From Verrucomicrobiota bacterium (GTDB lineage: Bacteria; Verrucomicrobiota; Verrucomicrobiia; Limisphaerales; UBA8199): 64,000 bases of DNA. The stretch covers positions 223 to 64,222 of the forward strand of contig PSRM01000234.1 of assembly GCA_003176045.1 (NCBI GenBank), read 5' to 3'. The notes under the pieces were generated by a model. The model searched no databases and had not been told where the DNA came from. It saw only the letters and a program-made list of their open reading frames with translations. Of this stretch, positions 20,511 to 30,527 are shown piece by piece. Each line of letters opens with the position of its first letter. The stretch's first letter is position 1. The translations under genes and the position numbers were made by a program.

Positions 20511-20723
20511 TCAAGAGACGCTGGGAGCAGCTTTGGGAGCAGCAGGCGTTGGGGAGCTTGGAGCAGCGGCGGCAGCAGACTTGCCGCCAAGAATCTTGAA
20601 CATCACCGTGCCGCACGTGGGACACTTGCCCTTAATGGCTTTGCGCCCGTTCTTCATCGTCTCCTCGACGCCATCAACGATCTCTTTCTTGGCTTTGCAC
20701 TTAACGCAGTATCCTTCGGGCAT
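20511..20723 (-). CDS. small zinc-ribbon protein (DUF5679-like)
   Basis: MPEGYCVKCKAKKEIVDGVEETMKNGRKAIKGKCPTCGTVMFKILG followed by an Ala/Pro tail. Confidence 0.6.
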   Translation of the reverse strand: MPEGYCVKCKAKKEIVDGVEETMKNGRKAIKGKCPTCGTVMFKILGGKSAAAAAPSSPTPAAPKAAPSVS

Positions 20724-20862
20724 AGAAAAATCGGCCTGCCTCGAAGCTTCATGCCTCGCTGCAGTTATGCCCATAGCTTAGATGTGGGGTATCCACACCG
20801 TCAACCGGGAAAAGACACTTTGAGAACCCACAAGGGGGATCGCGGGGAATAGCGAGTGCCAG

Positions 20863-21064
20863 GCACTTTGTCTTTCACTTTGTCTTTCACTTTGTCTCTG
20901 CTGAACTACTCGCAGGATTCTCATTTTTGAGAAAGACCATGATTCCCTAAGAAAAGATTCGTTTGGAACTCATTGCGGACAGACAAAGTGAAAGACAAAG
21001 TGCGGCAAAAGCGAGTTCACCTGAAACCCGACACCTGACACTTGACACCTGACACTTGACACTG
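20863..21064. repeat. palindromic short-word array (CACTTTGTCTTT words) plus adjacent GACACCTGACACTT array
   Basis: Left arm 20863-20900 cactttgtctttcactttgtctttcactttgtctctgc; right arm 20966-20993 cggacagacaaagtgaaagacaaagtgc; then cacctgaaacccgacacctgacacttgacacctgacacttgacactg. Confidence 0.85.
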
Positions 21065-21068
21065 CTCT

Positions 21069-22109
21069 TCACCCCATCTTTTCCACCGCCACCCTTTGCA
21101 CCCGATTCCCCGGCATCCCCCGAGCCAGGAAAGCACCCACGCGGGTACAGACTTCGGCTTCCGACGTATTGACCATGCAATAGGGCACTGGGAAACGGCA
21201 ATAATCGGAACATGGCTTATAAGGGCAAGGTTTGCCCTCCAGCCATTCACCGGCAGGGTGAAGTGGAGCGAACCAATCGGGCAACTGCGGTCCGAAAATT
21301 GTAAAAGTCGGCACCCCGCTCAGGCCCGCCAAATGCGCCGGCCCCGAATCGTTGCCGATGAACGCCCTGGCCTTGTCCAATAGGCCCAGCAACTCGCGCA
21401 CCGTTCGAGGTGTGGCGACTGAGGATTCTCCAGCCTGCAGCCACCAATCGCGCTGCTCGGGGTCGCAGGCCACCTGGACCGTGAACTTTTGACGGCGCAG
21501 GAACGCGATCAGTCCTTTGTAGCGCTCCAGAGGCCACACGCGCACTGGCTGCCCGGCCCCGCTATGAATCAGCACTTCGCCCGTTTGACGAGCTGGTGGA
21601 ACCGGGATTTTTTCGCGGGTGGGCAATTCCAAGCCCAAGGCGCGCGCGATCACCCGCCAATTCTCGTAGATGTGATGCTCCGGTTCAGGCCGCGCCAGCG
21701 GGTGCGTGAGGAAAATTTGGCTATCCACTCGAGGAAATCCGATCCTCATTCGCGCTCGCACCAGGGCCAGCAACAAATGGTCGCGCGGATCCCAGCGCCA
21801 GGAAACGCCTACGTCATAACGCTCGGACCACAGGCGCACGACCCGAAAAATCTCACCCCATGGCCATGCCCAGAGCTTGTATTTGTGGCGAAAAGCTGTC
21901 CAGGGGGCCAGGAAAGGAACCACTCGGACTTCGGGCCAGAATCGGTCCCTGAGATCCTGCGCGAAAGGCTTGGCCAAGAGCGTCACCGCGTATTTTTTGC
22001 TCGCCGCCTGTAAAAATGGCGTGGCGATCACCAGGTCACCCAGCCCCCAAAGCTGAAGGACCAGCAATTTGGGCCGCCGCGTCACGACGCCTGACAACTC
22101 CTGCTGCAT
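21069..22109 (-). CDS. glycosyltransferase family 9 (heptosyltransferase-like)
   Basis: LLVLQLWGLGDLVIATPFLQ and FIGNDSGPAHLAGLSGVPTFTIFGP motifs. Start set at MQQELSG because the longer N-terminus (KVKRKIKIKI) is translated from a gattaag word array. Confidence 0.8.
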   Translation of the reverse strand: MQQELSGVVTRRPKLLVLQLWGLGDLVIATPFLQAASKKYAVTLLAKPFAQDLRDRFWPEVRVVPFLAPWTAFRHKYKLWAWPWGEIFRVVRLWSERYDVGVSWRWDPRDHLLLALVRARMRIGFPRVDSQIFLTHPLARPEPEHHIYENWRVIARALGLELPTREKIPVPPARQTGEVLIHSGAGQPVRVWPLERYKGLIAFLRRQKFTVQVACDPEQRDWWLQAGESSVATPRTVRELLGLLDKARAFIGNDSGPAHLAGLSGVPTFTIFGPQLPDWFAPLHPAGEWLEGKPCPYKPCSDYCRFPVPYCMVNTSEAEVCTRVGAFLARGMPGNRVQRVAVEKMG

Positions 22110-22469
22110 GGCCGCCGCAGGTGTTGAAGAATCACTAAATTGGTCGTTAGGAATCTTAATCTTAATCTTTCTCTTAACCTTACCCTGCTCAAAAGCTAGC
22201 CAAAGAGATTTGAAATTTCCGGCCACGGCTGAACACTGATCCAGACGGATAGAACCATAAAGTGAGGCACTTTCTTACGAGTTTTCAGCCGGCAGAGTCT
22301 AAGAAACCCAAGCCATGAGCGAAAGTTGAAACCGTGAGCCTCTGAGGTCGGAGCGCTGCAAGCCCATGCCTGGGAGCGCATTGGCCGGCCGGCGCCACGG
22401 TCATCTTGCCCGCCAGACACGCAGGCTTTAAACTTAAGACGCTTCTTTAAGCTCCAACCGTAACACCGT

Positions 22470-23408
22470 TTAGTTCAGCGATTCAATTGCCTGCTTCACA
22501 ATGCCGGCACTACGGCTCAGTGCCTGCGTCTCCACCCCATCGAGCGGCAGCGGTATTGTCGCGAGCGCGCCTTGCCCACCGACCAGGTGAGGCAACGCCA
22601 GGGTGACGCCGTCACAAGCCTGCACATCCTCCATGCGCGCGCAGATGGTCAGGATGGCGCGTTGATCGTGCAGTAGCACATCCACGATCCGGGCCACGGC
22701 GCTGCCGATGCCATAGTAAGTCGCCCCTTTGCTGGCGATGATGTGGTAGGCGGCGCGGCGAACGTTTTCGTCAATGCCCCTGCGGTGCTCGTCCGTGAGC
22801 GGCTTGCCGTGGACTTTGGCAAATTCGTCGAGATTCAATCCGGCGATGGTCGCTTGCGACCAAACCAGCACCTCGGAATCACCGTGTTCGCCGATGACGT
22901 AGGCGTGGACGTGGTGCGGATCCACGCCGAAATGCAGGCCAAGCAGTGTGCGGAACCTGGCCGTATCCAGGGTCGTGCCTGAGCCGATGACGCGCGTGTG
23001 GGGCACGCCAAAGTCGGCGGCAAAACGCGCGGCCAGATGCGTCATGATATCCACGGGGTTGGTTACCACGAGCAGGACGGCCTCGGGCGCATGGCGCAGG
23101 ACGGAGGGGACGATCTGGTGGAATACCTCCGCATTGCGCCTGAGAAGTTCCAGGCGAGTTTCGCCGGGCTTTTGCGCGACACCACCGGCTATGACCACGA
23201 CCTCCGCGCCGGCCAGGTCCGGATAATCCCCGGCCCGAATAGTCAGCGGATGCGCAAACGGGACGGCGTGATAAATGTCGTTGGCCTCGCCCTCGGCCCG
23301 GGCGCGGTTCAGGTCCACGAGCACGATCTCACGGCCCACACCGCGCATCACGAGTGCGAATGCTGAGCTGGAGCCCACCATGCCGCACCCGACGATCCCA
23401 ATCTTCAT
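22470..23408 (-). CDS. ldh: L-lactate dehydrogenase
   Basis: [14 protein letters not shown] Rossmann motif, VVTNPVD and IGEHGDSEV. Confidence 0.85.
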   Translation of the reverse strand: MKIGIVGCGMVGSSSAFALVMRGVGREIVLVDLNRARAEGEANDIYHAVPFAHPLTIRAGDYPDLAGAEVVVIAGGVAQKPGETRLELLRRNAEVFHQIVPSVLRHAPEAVLLVVTNPVDIMTHLAARFAADFGVPHTRVIGSGTTLDTARFRTLLGLHFGVDPHHVHAYVIGEHGDSEVLVWSQATIAGLNLDEFAKVHGKPLTDEHRRGIDENVRRAAYHIIASKGATYYGIGSAVARIVDVLLHDQRAILTICARMEDVQACDGVTLALPHLVGGQGALATIPLPLDGVETQALSRSAGIVKQAIESLN

Positions 23409-25897
23409 ACATTGTCGCCTTCGGTCGAGCTGCGCTTTGCCGCCGCCGCACCTTTTTCGCCCCAGCGCCAGCCGAGGACAAAGGGATGGTCTTCGCCGCG
23501 CTCGTCAATATAGCGGCGATGCTCCAGGAGCGCGTTGCGAATGGCCTGCTTGGCATAAGCGGCGCGCGCGCCGAGCTGCGGTGAGCGGTCAATGACATCC
23601 TGCACCAGATGAAAGCGGTCCATTTCGTTCAAGACAACCATGTCGAACGGAGTCGTAGTAGTGCCTTCCTCCTTGTAACCGCGCACGTGAAGATTGCGGT
23701 GGTTGGTGCGGCGATAGGTCAGGCGGTGGATGAGCCAGGGATAGCCGTGAAATGCGAACACGATCGGTTTGTCCTTCGTGAATAACGTGTCGAAATCGTT
23801 ATCGCTCAAACCGTGCGGGTGCTCGCTCGCGGGCTGAAGCTTCATCAGGTTGACCACGTTGATCACGCGCACCTTCAGCTCAGGAACGTGCTGATGGATC
23901 AACTCCACCGCGGCCAGCGTTTCGAGCGTCGGCACGTCCCCGCAGCACGCCATTACCACGTCCGGTTCGGCGCCTTTGTCGTTGCTGGCCCATTCCCAGA
24001 TGCTGATGCCGGCGGTGCAATGCTTGATGGCGTCGTCCATGCTCAGCCACACCGGCGCAGGCTGCTTGCCCGCCACCACTACATTGACGTAGTTGCGGCT
24101 GCGCAGGCAATGGTCCGTGACTGAAAGCAGGCAATTGGCGTCCGGCGGCAGATACACGCGCACGATCTGCGCCTTCTTGTTGACCACATGATCAATGAAT
24201 CCCGGGTCCTGATGCGAGAACCCGTTGTGGTCCTGGCGCCAAACATGTGAGCTGAGCAGGTAATTGAGCGAGGCAATTGGCCGGCGCCACGAGATGTGAT
24301 TGCACACCTTCAGCCATTTGGCGTGCTGGTTGAACATGGAATCAATGATGTGAATAAACGCCTCGTAACAGGAGAAGAACCCGTGCCGTCCGGTGAGCAG
24401 GTAACCTTCCAGCCAGCCCTGGCATTGGTGTTCACTCAATATCTCCATGACCCGGCCATCCGGTGCCAAGTGATCGTCATATGGAAACCGCTCGGCCATC
24501 CAGGCCCGGTTGGTCACATCGAGCACATCCTGCCAGCGGTTCGAATTGTTTTCATCCGGGCTGAAGAGGCGGAAGTTTTTGCTCTCGAGATTCAGCTTCA
24601 TGACATCGCGCAGGAATTTGCCCATGACGCGCGTGGCCTCAGCATCGGTGCCGCCGGGTTTTTTTATCTCGATGGCGTATTTGCAGAAGTCCGGCAAACG
24701 CAGGTCGCGCAGGAGCAGTCCGCCGTTGGCGTGGGGATTTGCGCTCATGCGGCGCTCCCCTTTGGGGGCAATCGCGGCCAATTCCGGATCGAATCGGCCA
24801 TGGCTGTCGAACAACTCCTCCGGCTTGTAACTCTTCATCCACTGCTCGAGGATTTTGATGTGCTCCGGCTTCTCCTGCATGTCACCCATCGGGACCTGGT
24901 GTGAGCGCCAGGAATCTTCCGCGCGTTTGCCGTCAATTTCTTTCGGGCAAGTCCACCCCTTCGGTGAGCGCAGGATAATCATCGGCCACCGCGGCCTTTC
25001 GGTGGACCCATTGCCGGGCGTGCCGGTTTGGATGCGCTGAATTTCGGTGATCGCCTCGTCGAGCGCAGCGGCCATCAGTTGGTGCATCTTTAGCGGCTCG
25101 TGGCCCTCAACAAAGATGGGCGTGTATCCATAGCCGCGGAACAGGTGGTCCAGTTCCTCGTGGCTGATGCGCGCCAGCACACAGGGATTGGCGATCTTGT
25201 ACCCATTGAGGTGCAAAATCGGCAGCACGGCGCCATCCGTCACCGGATTGAGGAATTTATTCGAGTGCCAGCTTGTAGCGAGCGGCCCGGTCTCGGCCTC
25301 GCCGTCACCCACCACGGCCGCGACTATCAGGCCAGGGTTGTCGAAGGCCGCGCCGTAAGCGTGGCTGAGCGCGTAGCCCAGCTCGCCGCCTTCGTGAATG
25401 GACCCCGGCGTTTCGGGGGCGACATGACTCGGAATTCCGCCCGGGAAAGAGAATTGCTTGAACAACTTTTTCATCCCTTCCTCATCCTGCGAGATGTTCG
25501 GATAAACCTCGCTGTAAGTCCCTTCGAGCCACGTGTTCGCAACAATACCCGGGCCACCATGCCCCGGCCCGATAATGTAAATCATGTTCAAATCGCGCTC
25601 CGTGATCAGGCGATTCAGATGGACGTAAATGAAATTGAGGCCGGGCGTCGTGCCCCAATGCCCGACCAGGCGCGGCTTAATGTGCTCTTTCTTAAGCGGC
25701 TCTTTGAGCAGCGGGTTGTCGTAAAGGTAGGTCTGGCCCACCGACAGATAATTGGCCGCCCGCCACCACGCATCTATCTTGCGCAGTTGATCGGACGAAA
25801 GCGGACCTTTGGCTGCCCGGGTTGAGTCCCGGAGTTCGGAACGGCTCGGGGTCAGCTTGGGTTGAGGAATTCTGGATTTGGCAGTTGTACTTTTCAT
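23405..25897 (-). CDS. xfp: xylulose-5-phosphate/fructose-6-phosphate phosphoketolase
   Basis: About 830 aa with [18 protein letters not shown] and [16 protein letters not shown] signatures. Start set at MKSTTAK (ATG 25897). Confidence 0.9.
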   Translation of the reverse strand: MKSTTAKSRIPQPKLTPSRSELRDSTRAAKGPLSSDQLRKIDAWWRAANYLSVGQTYLYDNPLLKEPLKKEHIKPRLVGHWGTTPGLNFIYVHLNRLITERDLNMIYIIGPGHGGPGIVANTWLEGTYSEVYPNISQDEEGMKKLFKQFSFPGGIPSHVAPETPGSIHEGGELGYALSHAYGAAFDNPGLIVAAVVGDGEAETGPLATSWHSNKFLNPVTDGAVLPILHLNGYKIANPCVLARISHEELDHLFRGYGYTPIFVEGHEPLKMHQLMAAALDEAITEIQRIQTGTPGNGSTERPRWPMIILRSPKGWTCPKEIDGKRAEDSWRSHQVPMGDMQEKPEHIKILEQWMKSYKPEELFDSHGRFDPELAAIAPKGERRMSANPHANGGLLLRDLRLPDFCKYAIEIKKPGGTDAEATRVMGKFLRDVMKLNLESKNFRLFSPDENNSNRWQDVLDVTNRAWMAERFPYDDHLAPDGRVMEILSEHQCQGWLEGYLLTGRHGFFSCYEAFIHIIDSMFNQHAKWLKVCNHISWRRPIASLNYLLSSHVWRQDHNGFSHQDPGFIDHVVNKKAQIVRVYLPPDANCLLSVTDHCLRSRNYVNVVVAGKQPAPVWLSMDDAIKHCTAGISIWEWASNDKGAEPDVVMACCGDVPTLETLAAVELIHQHVPELKVRVINVVNLMKLQPASEHPHGLSDNDFDTLFTKDKPIVFAFHGYPWLIHRLTYRRTNHRNLHVRGYKEEGTTTTPFDMVVLNEMDRFHLVQDVIDRSPQLGARAAYAKQAIRNALLEHRRYIDERGEDHPFVLGWRWGEKGAAAAKRSSTEGDNV

Positions 25898-26132
25898 AGA
25901 TTTGGATTTACAGTGAGTTTGTACCCGACGCAAGTGCTGGGCACAACAATATGCTTGCCATCGCCCTTACTGTACGGGACAGCGAGAGGATCCTTGGCAT
26001 ACTCTGTGCCAGACGGAGTCGCGGACGGCCTCGTCCGCGTTCAGGAGTTTTTTTCGATCCCGGAAAGCAAATCACGCTTCGTTTACAGTTGGTAACGATC
26101 GTCCGTTGATTTGATACGAACATACATCCTTC

Positions 26133-27230
26133 TCATCCATGCGCAATCGTTGTGGACGCCCGGTCGTCCTTCGAGCGAGCGGTCGCCCCGCTGATTGAAG
26201 CTTTATCCTGGTCAGTGGTCTGGTTTCCCGTATTTGTGTGGATAAAAGCAAAGTAACCGATGACCAGCAGGACGCCAGGTATCCACCACCAAAGAGCGAC
26301 AGCGAGGTTGTGTGGGGACACCGTGGAGTCATATATCGATAAGGCAAAGTTCGGATCACGCGCCGGAAGAATATTGGGAAAGATACCTACGGCCGCGGTG
26401 GCGAGCGCAGCAAAAAGGGCAACGCATGAGGAGAGATAGGCAAGGCCTCGTTTGCGATGGCTTCCCCAGATGAGAGACGCGGCTAAACCGGCAAGCGTCA
26501 GTGTCGGGAACAAGAGTCCCCATGGCCGGGCTCGCAGAGCGTCACGAAATTGCAGGCGGGCCGCGAAGCTGGCGAGGTCGAGGAACAGGAGGAGCACGAA
26601 CGTGGTGATGCAGAACGGAATTGCCAGGCGGGCGGCACGTTGACACACAGGCCCGTTAGTCCGTGCCTCAAGCCAACATGTGCCGTGGTGCGCCAGAGCG
26701 AACACGGCGGTCAAGCCTGCGAGGACTGTGTACCAATCCAGGATGCCGGTTTGTTGGCCTACGCGGAAGTTGGTCCATAAGGGTTCGAAAAATATGCCCT
26801 GGCCATCGAGCGGCACCCCTCGGACGACATTGCCCAAAGCGGTGCCGAAGAAGAGTGCCAAAAGAAAGCTGCTGAGCGACAGCGCGACATCCCAGAACTG
26901 CCGCCACAGTGGATCGTTGATGTGATGGCGCAGTTCCAGGCCAAGCCCTCGGAAAGCCAGCAACCACACTACGATCGTCAACGCCAGATAAAAGCCGCTG
27001 AAGGACGCCGCCAGAGCGGTTGGGAAGGCCAGGAACATCGTTCCCCCGGCGGCGAGCAGCCAAACCTCATTCGGTTTCCAGGCCGGGCGAATGGCATGAA
27101 TGACTTGTGAACGCTCCTCCTCATTCCGCGCGATCAGCAGCGACAGCATGCCTACGCCGAGGTCAGTGCCGCCCAGGACGACATAGCCGCCAAGCATGAA
27201 TACCAACAAGCAAAACCAGATCAGAGTCAT
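26133..27230 (-). CDS. cydB: cytochrome bd ubiquinol oxidase subunit II
   Basis: 365-aa polytopic membrane protein directly downstream of cydA. Confidence 0.85.
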   Translation of the reverse strand: MTLIWFCLLVFMLGGYVVLGGTDLGVGMLSLLIARNEEERSQVIHAIRPAWKPNEVWLLAAGGTMFLAFPTALAASFSGFYLALTIVVWLLAFRGLGLELRHHINDPLWRQFWDVALSLSSFLLALFFGTALGNVVRGVPLDGQGIFFEPLWTNFRVGQQTGILDWYTVLAGLTAVFALAHHGTCWLEARTNGPVCQRAARLAIPFCITTFVLLLFLDLASFAARLQFRDALRARPWGLLFPTLTLAGLAASLIWGSHRKRGLAYLSSCVALFAALATAAVGIFPNILPARDPNFALSIYDSTVSPHNLAVALWWWIPGVLLVIGYFAFIHTNTGNQTTDQDKASISGATARSKDDRASTTIAHG

Positions 27231-27297
27231 TTCACGAAGGTGTTGTCTGGATGGGTTTGAGTTCGACTCGCGGACGGGGGCGTCCGCGCTCCTAATT

Positions 27298-28641
27298 TCA
27301 CGCAGGCATTGGCTGGATGGGTTCGGACTCCGGTCCTTGCCTGAGAATTTTCAGGAATAGTACGAGGTAGATGATGGCGAGCAAAACGTAGAGCCCCAGG
27401 AAGCCAAGCAAGGTGAAACCAACATTGCCCGAGGAAACGTTTTGCGAACTGCCCTGAGCCGTCCGAAGGAGGCCATAAATGATCCATGGTTGGCGACCGG
27501 TCTCCGCGGTCACCCAGCCCAGGGTGTTGGCAATGAACGGAAACGGCCAGGCCAACATCAAGGCCCAGAGTAGCCCGCGTTTTGCAAAGAGAGTCCGCCG
27601 CCAGGCGAAGAATGAGGCGAGTGCCATCAACACTATGAACAATGTTCCGAGCCCGGCCATGATGTGGTAGGAATAATAGACCAGCGGGACGAATTGGGGC
27701 CACTGATCCGGAGGAAACTCGGCCAACCCTTTCACTGGAGCATTCCAACGTTGGTGCGTTAGAAAAGAAAGCAGGCCCGGCACCTTGATCGGGTTGTCGA
27801 GCCGCAGAGTCTCCATGTTCGGCTGACCGATGAGCACCATCGCCGCGCTGTCTTCAGTATGGAAGTGGCCTTCCATGGCAGCGAAGGCCGCCGGCTGATG
27901 CTGGTAAACCAACTTGGCTTCCCAATCACCGGTAGGTACAGCGGCCAACACACTTGCTGCGAGACCGACGACCACCGAAACCGAGAGGAAGCGCCGGGAG
28001 TTATTGATGTGGACGCCGCGGAGCAGGTAAAGCGCCCCGATCCCGGCCATGCAAAAGCTGCCGGTAATGGCCGCGCCTGCCATGTTGTGCAGATACTGAA
28101 TCAAGGCCCAGCGGTTGCTCAAGAGCGCCCAAAGACTGATCAACCGGGCTGACCCATCCGGCTGCATCTCGAAACCAACGGGGTGCTGCATCCAGGCGTT
28201 GGTGCAAACAATAAAATAGCCGCTTAGCCAACTCCCCAGGAATACCAGGAGCGCGGCCGCCCAATGTCCCCATCTGCCCAGTTGTTCCTCGCGATAAAGC
28301 AGGAAATACAGAAATGCGGCCTCAAGAAAAAACGCAAAAACGCCCTCCATCGCGAGGGTTTGGCCGATAATGCCGCCAGAGACTTTGGAGAAGCGGGCCC
28401 AGTTCGTGCCGAACTGGAATTCCAGCGGAATCCCGGTCACAACGCCCAAGGCAAAACTCAAGCCGAACAGCTTCAGCCAAAATCGCGCGGCCCGGTTTGC
28501 CTCCTCGTCTCCGCGCAGGGCCATCGTCTTGAGGATGAAGATCAACAACGCAAGCCCCATCGTGAACTGGGGAAACAGATAATGGAATGTGACTGTGAAC
28601 GCGAACTGCAGACGATGGACATCGGCGGCTTCCATACTCAC
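27298..28641 (-). CDS. cydA: cytochrome bd ubiquinol oxidase subunit I
   Basis: 447 aa; FAFTVTFHYLFPQFTMGLALL and GIPLEFQFGTNW are typical of CydA. Confidence 0.9.
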   Translation of the reverse strand: MSMEAADVHRLQFAFTVTFHYLFPQFTMGLALLIFILKTMALRGDEEANRAARFWLKLFGLSFALGVVTGIPLEFQFGTNWARFSKVSGGIIGQTLAMEGVFAFFLEAAFLYFLLYREEQLGRWGHWAAALLVFLGSWLSGYFIVCTNAWMQHPVGFEMQPDGSARLISLWALLSNRWALIQYLHNMAGAAITGSFCMAGIGALYLLRGVHINNSRRFLSVSVVVGLAASVLAAVPTGDWEAKLVYQHQPAAFAAMEGHFHTEDSAAMVLIGQPNMETLRLDNPIKVPGLLSFLTHQRWNAPVKGLAEFPPDQWPQFVPLVYYSYHIMAGLGTLFIVLMALASFFAWRRTLFAKRGLLWALMLAWPFPFIANTLGWVTAETGRQPWIIYGLLRTAQGSSQNVSSGNVGFTLLGFLGLYVLLAIIYLVLFLKILRQGPESEPIQPMPA

Positions 28642-28754
28642 ACGACCGCATCTTCCATTTCGATCAGGTATTCTGTTTGCATTCGGGCCAGCGCGGCGCG
28701 CATCGCGAATGCATCCGCTTCGTTGTTGAATCCAAGTACGATCAGGTTGCTCAT
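28638..28754 (-). CDS. 38-aa ORF overlapping the cydA start (resembles a DUF1269-type N-terminus)
   Basis: My translation: MSNLIVLGFNNEADAFAMRAALARMQTEYLIEMEDAVV-stop. Its TGA overlaps the cydA GTG start (gtgtga). Too short for the ORF track. Confidence 0.3.
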   Translation of the reverse strand: MSNLIVLGFNNEADAFAMRAALARMQTEYLIEMEDAVV

Positions 28755-28770
28755 ATTGTTTTTTACCTTT

Positions 28771-29820
28771 CTACGTTTGTTTTTTGACGGAAATGTCTCG
28801 GGCGCCTTCACGGAGGGTGACTATTCCCGGCAACTTTTCCCGGATGCGCCGGGAGAACGCCGGGTCTTTGTCGGCCGCCTTCGCGCGGTCGGTGATTTGA
28901 CTGCGCGCTTTGAGTTCGGCAAATGGGAGAGTCTGATCCAGCGACTTCCGCTCGTAGGCCATCTCGTCAACTCTTGCATTAGCCAGAATCCGCCAGTCGA
29001 ATCGCGCGTTCTTCACGTAGGGCTTGGCCAGTCCACGGATTAAGGTAGTGCAGTTAGCAGTCACGGCATTGTACCACTCCGCCTGGTCCTTGAGGCGGTT
29101 GATCTGTTTCATGTACCCCAAAAACACCTGGCGCGCCACCGCAATGTCTCCGTTCAAACGATACAGATAGACGCTTTCTCCCCGGTAATTGGTGCGAAGC
29201 CGAACGAGATCGCGCTCGTCGCCAACGACGTAGATGAGTTCGAACTGCCGGAAGAAGCCTTTGATGGCGGAGAAACCCTCGCCCTTTTCCTTCCGGGCCT
29301 CGATGGAAAAGCAGACATAGTTGCCACCTTCGAAGCCGAAGCTCAACATGGTATGGGCGATCAACGGCGGGCCCCAACAGCAAACATAAAGGTCCGCTGA
29401 CTGCAGTTTCGCCACGTCGTAAACCCTGTCGTAGTAGCTGACGGTGTAATTGGTTTCACTGAGGTAATCGCAGTTGCGCACGTTGTGGATCGTCACCCGG
29501 TCCCCATTTACCTCAGCGAAGGGCAGCAAGGCCACATCCGGTTGCCAGTCGCGATTGTTGGAAGGAGGTATCAGGAGGAACCACGCGACCACGCCGCCGA
29601 AAAGCGCCAGCAAGACCATGCGGGCCACCCACCAGGGACGCACACGGATCAGAATTCCGAAAAGCACCGCCAAATAAAAGATCGAGGCCAGAGAACGCAT
29701 CCATCCAGGGGGCAGATTTGAATAGTAAACCGCTAGCGTGGACCAAACGGCGAGGCCGGCGAACACCAGTCCCCGCAGTAATCGAAAACCCATCTTCGCC
29801 GTGCGGGTGAGCGCCGACAC
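28771..29820 (-). CDS. DUF4105 (Lnb N-terminal periplasmic domain) membrane protein
   Basis: NRDWQPDVALLPFAEVNGDRVTIHNVRNCDY...HTMLSFGFEGGNYVCFSIEARKEKGE pattern. Confidence 0.75.
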   Translation of the reverse strand: MSALTRTAKMGFRLLRGLVFAGLAVWSTLAVYYSNLPPGWMRSLASIFYLAVLFGILIRVRPWWVARMVLLALFGGVVAWFLLIPPSNNRDWQPDVALLPFAEVNGDRVTIHNVRNCDYLSETNYTVSYYDRVYDVAKLQSADLYVCCWGPPLIAHTMLSFGFEGGNYVCFSIEARKEKGEGFSAIKGFFRQFELIYVVGDERDLVRLRTNYRGESVYLYRLNGDIAVARQVFLGYMKQINRLKDQAEWYNAVTANCTTLIRGLAKPYVKNARFDWRILANARVDEMAYERKSLDQTLPFAELKARSQITDRAKAADKDPAFSRRIREKLPGIVTLREGARDISVKKQT

Positions 29821-29949
29821 GAGCCTTGCCCGGTCCTTCCCGTGGCCGTTCAGTACCTTTGTTTGTTCTGCTTCGATGCTTATTGATGGGCTAAGCCTTA
29901 CTCATGCCACATGCGTGCGTCGGCTGTGCATGATGAGATAGCCGCTCCA

Positions 29950-30515
29950 TTAAGTCACCCGGCAAACGAGAGAACGCTCGGAGTCAGGCGGGCGAACACT
30001 GCTTCGGTAGTTCGTCCCACTACTGAGTCTCGACGGCTTAGCTGTTGCGCCCCATGCAGAGCCTATAGACAATGGACGGAATAGCGTCCCTAGGCCGAAC
30101 TTCCGTCCTGACCTTTTGGCAAAAAGCGAAAAGTTTGCTCTGCTTTCCCCGTAAATTGTGCTTGAGAACACAGGTAGCGGGACAAAAGGTCCGGGAGATT
30201 GGTCATTTGCGGTTCGGTCTTGCAGCCGCAACCCTGCTTAAGACCATCGACCAGGCGCGCGGAAAGTAGCAGCCGGCGATTCAGAACGGACCGCCAGTTA
30301 GGAGTAAGGCCTCAGTCAGAGCGGGGCGGAGCGCCGAACTCCGTTTCGGCGCGTTCGGGAATCCGTGACAGGTTTGCGCCGAAATAGAATTCGGCGCTCC
30401 GTAGCGGCCGTCACTCAAGCAGTCCAGTCAGAAGCAATTTAGTCAGAAGCAATTTAGTCAGAAGCAATTTAGTCTTGCAAAAGCCAGAACCAGGAGCGAT
30501 TCTGGTTTTGGCTTT
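29950..30515 (+). ncRNA. candidate structured non-coding transcript (family unknown)
   Basis: About 700 nt without a credible ORF. A 12-bp hairpin closed by a C(UUCG)G tetraloop at 29988-30018, several further stems, and a terminator-like 12-bp hairpin with a T-rich tail at 30480-30520. Confidence 0.25.
30427..30474. repeat. perfect tandem repeat, 15-nt unit x3 (gtcagaagcaattta)
   Basis: gtcagaagcaatttagtcagaagcaatttagtcagaagcaatttagtc, read directly from the sequence. Confidence 0.95.
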
Positions 30516-30527
30516 TCCTTTGGACCT

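Noticed and set aside
25100-25825. 241-aa plus-strand ORF overlapping the phosphoketolase gene
   Set aside because: It is an antisense artefact. The phosphoketolase frame is continuous and contains its signature motifs.
29950-30290. RNase P RNA, tmRNA, SRP RNA or 6S RNA
   Set aside because: I checked by eye for GGAAAGUCC/ACAGAA..GGCUUA (RNase P). I also looked for GGGG…UUCGACGG with a T-arm-CCA 3' end and an ALAA-type tag (tmRNA), and for GGUCC-GGAA-GGAAGCAGCC (SRP). Only partial, non-diagnostic resemblances appeared (aaaggtccggga, gtctcgacgg, ggac-ggaa-gttc). It is kept only as an unclassified candidate.
30427-30474. Possible CRISPR array (three identical 15-nt units)
   Set aside because: The units are directly abutting with no spacers, are far shorter than CRISPR repeats, and have no cas genes nearby. 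This is a plain tandem repeat.
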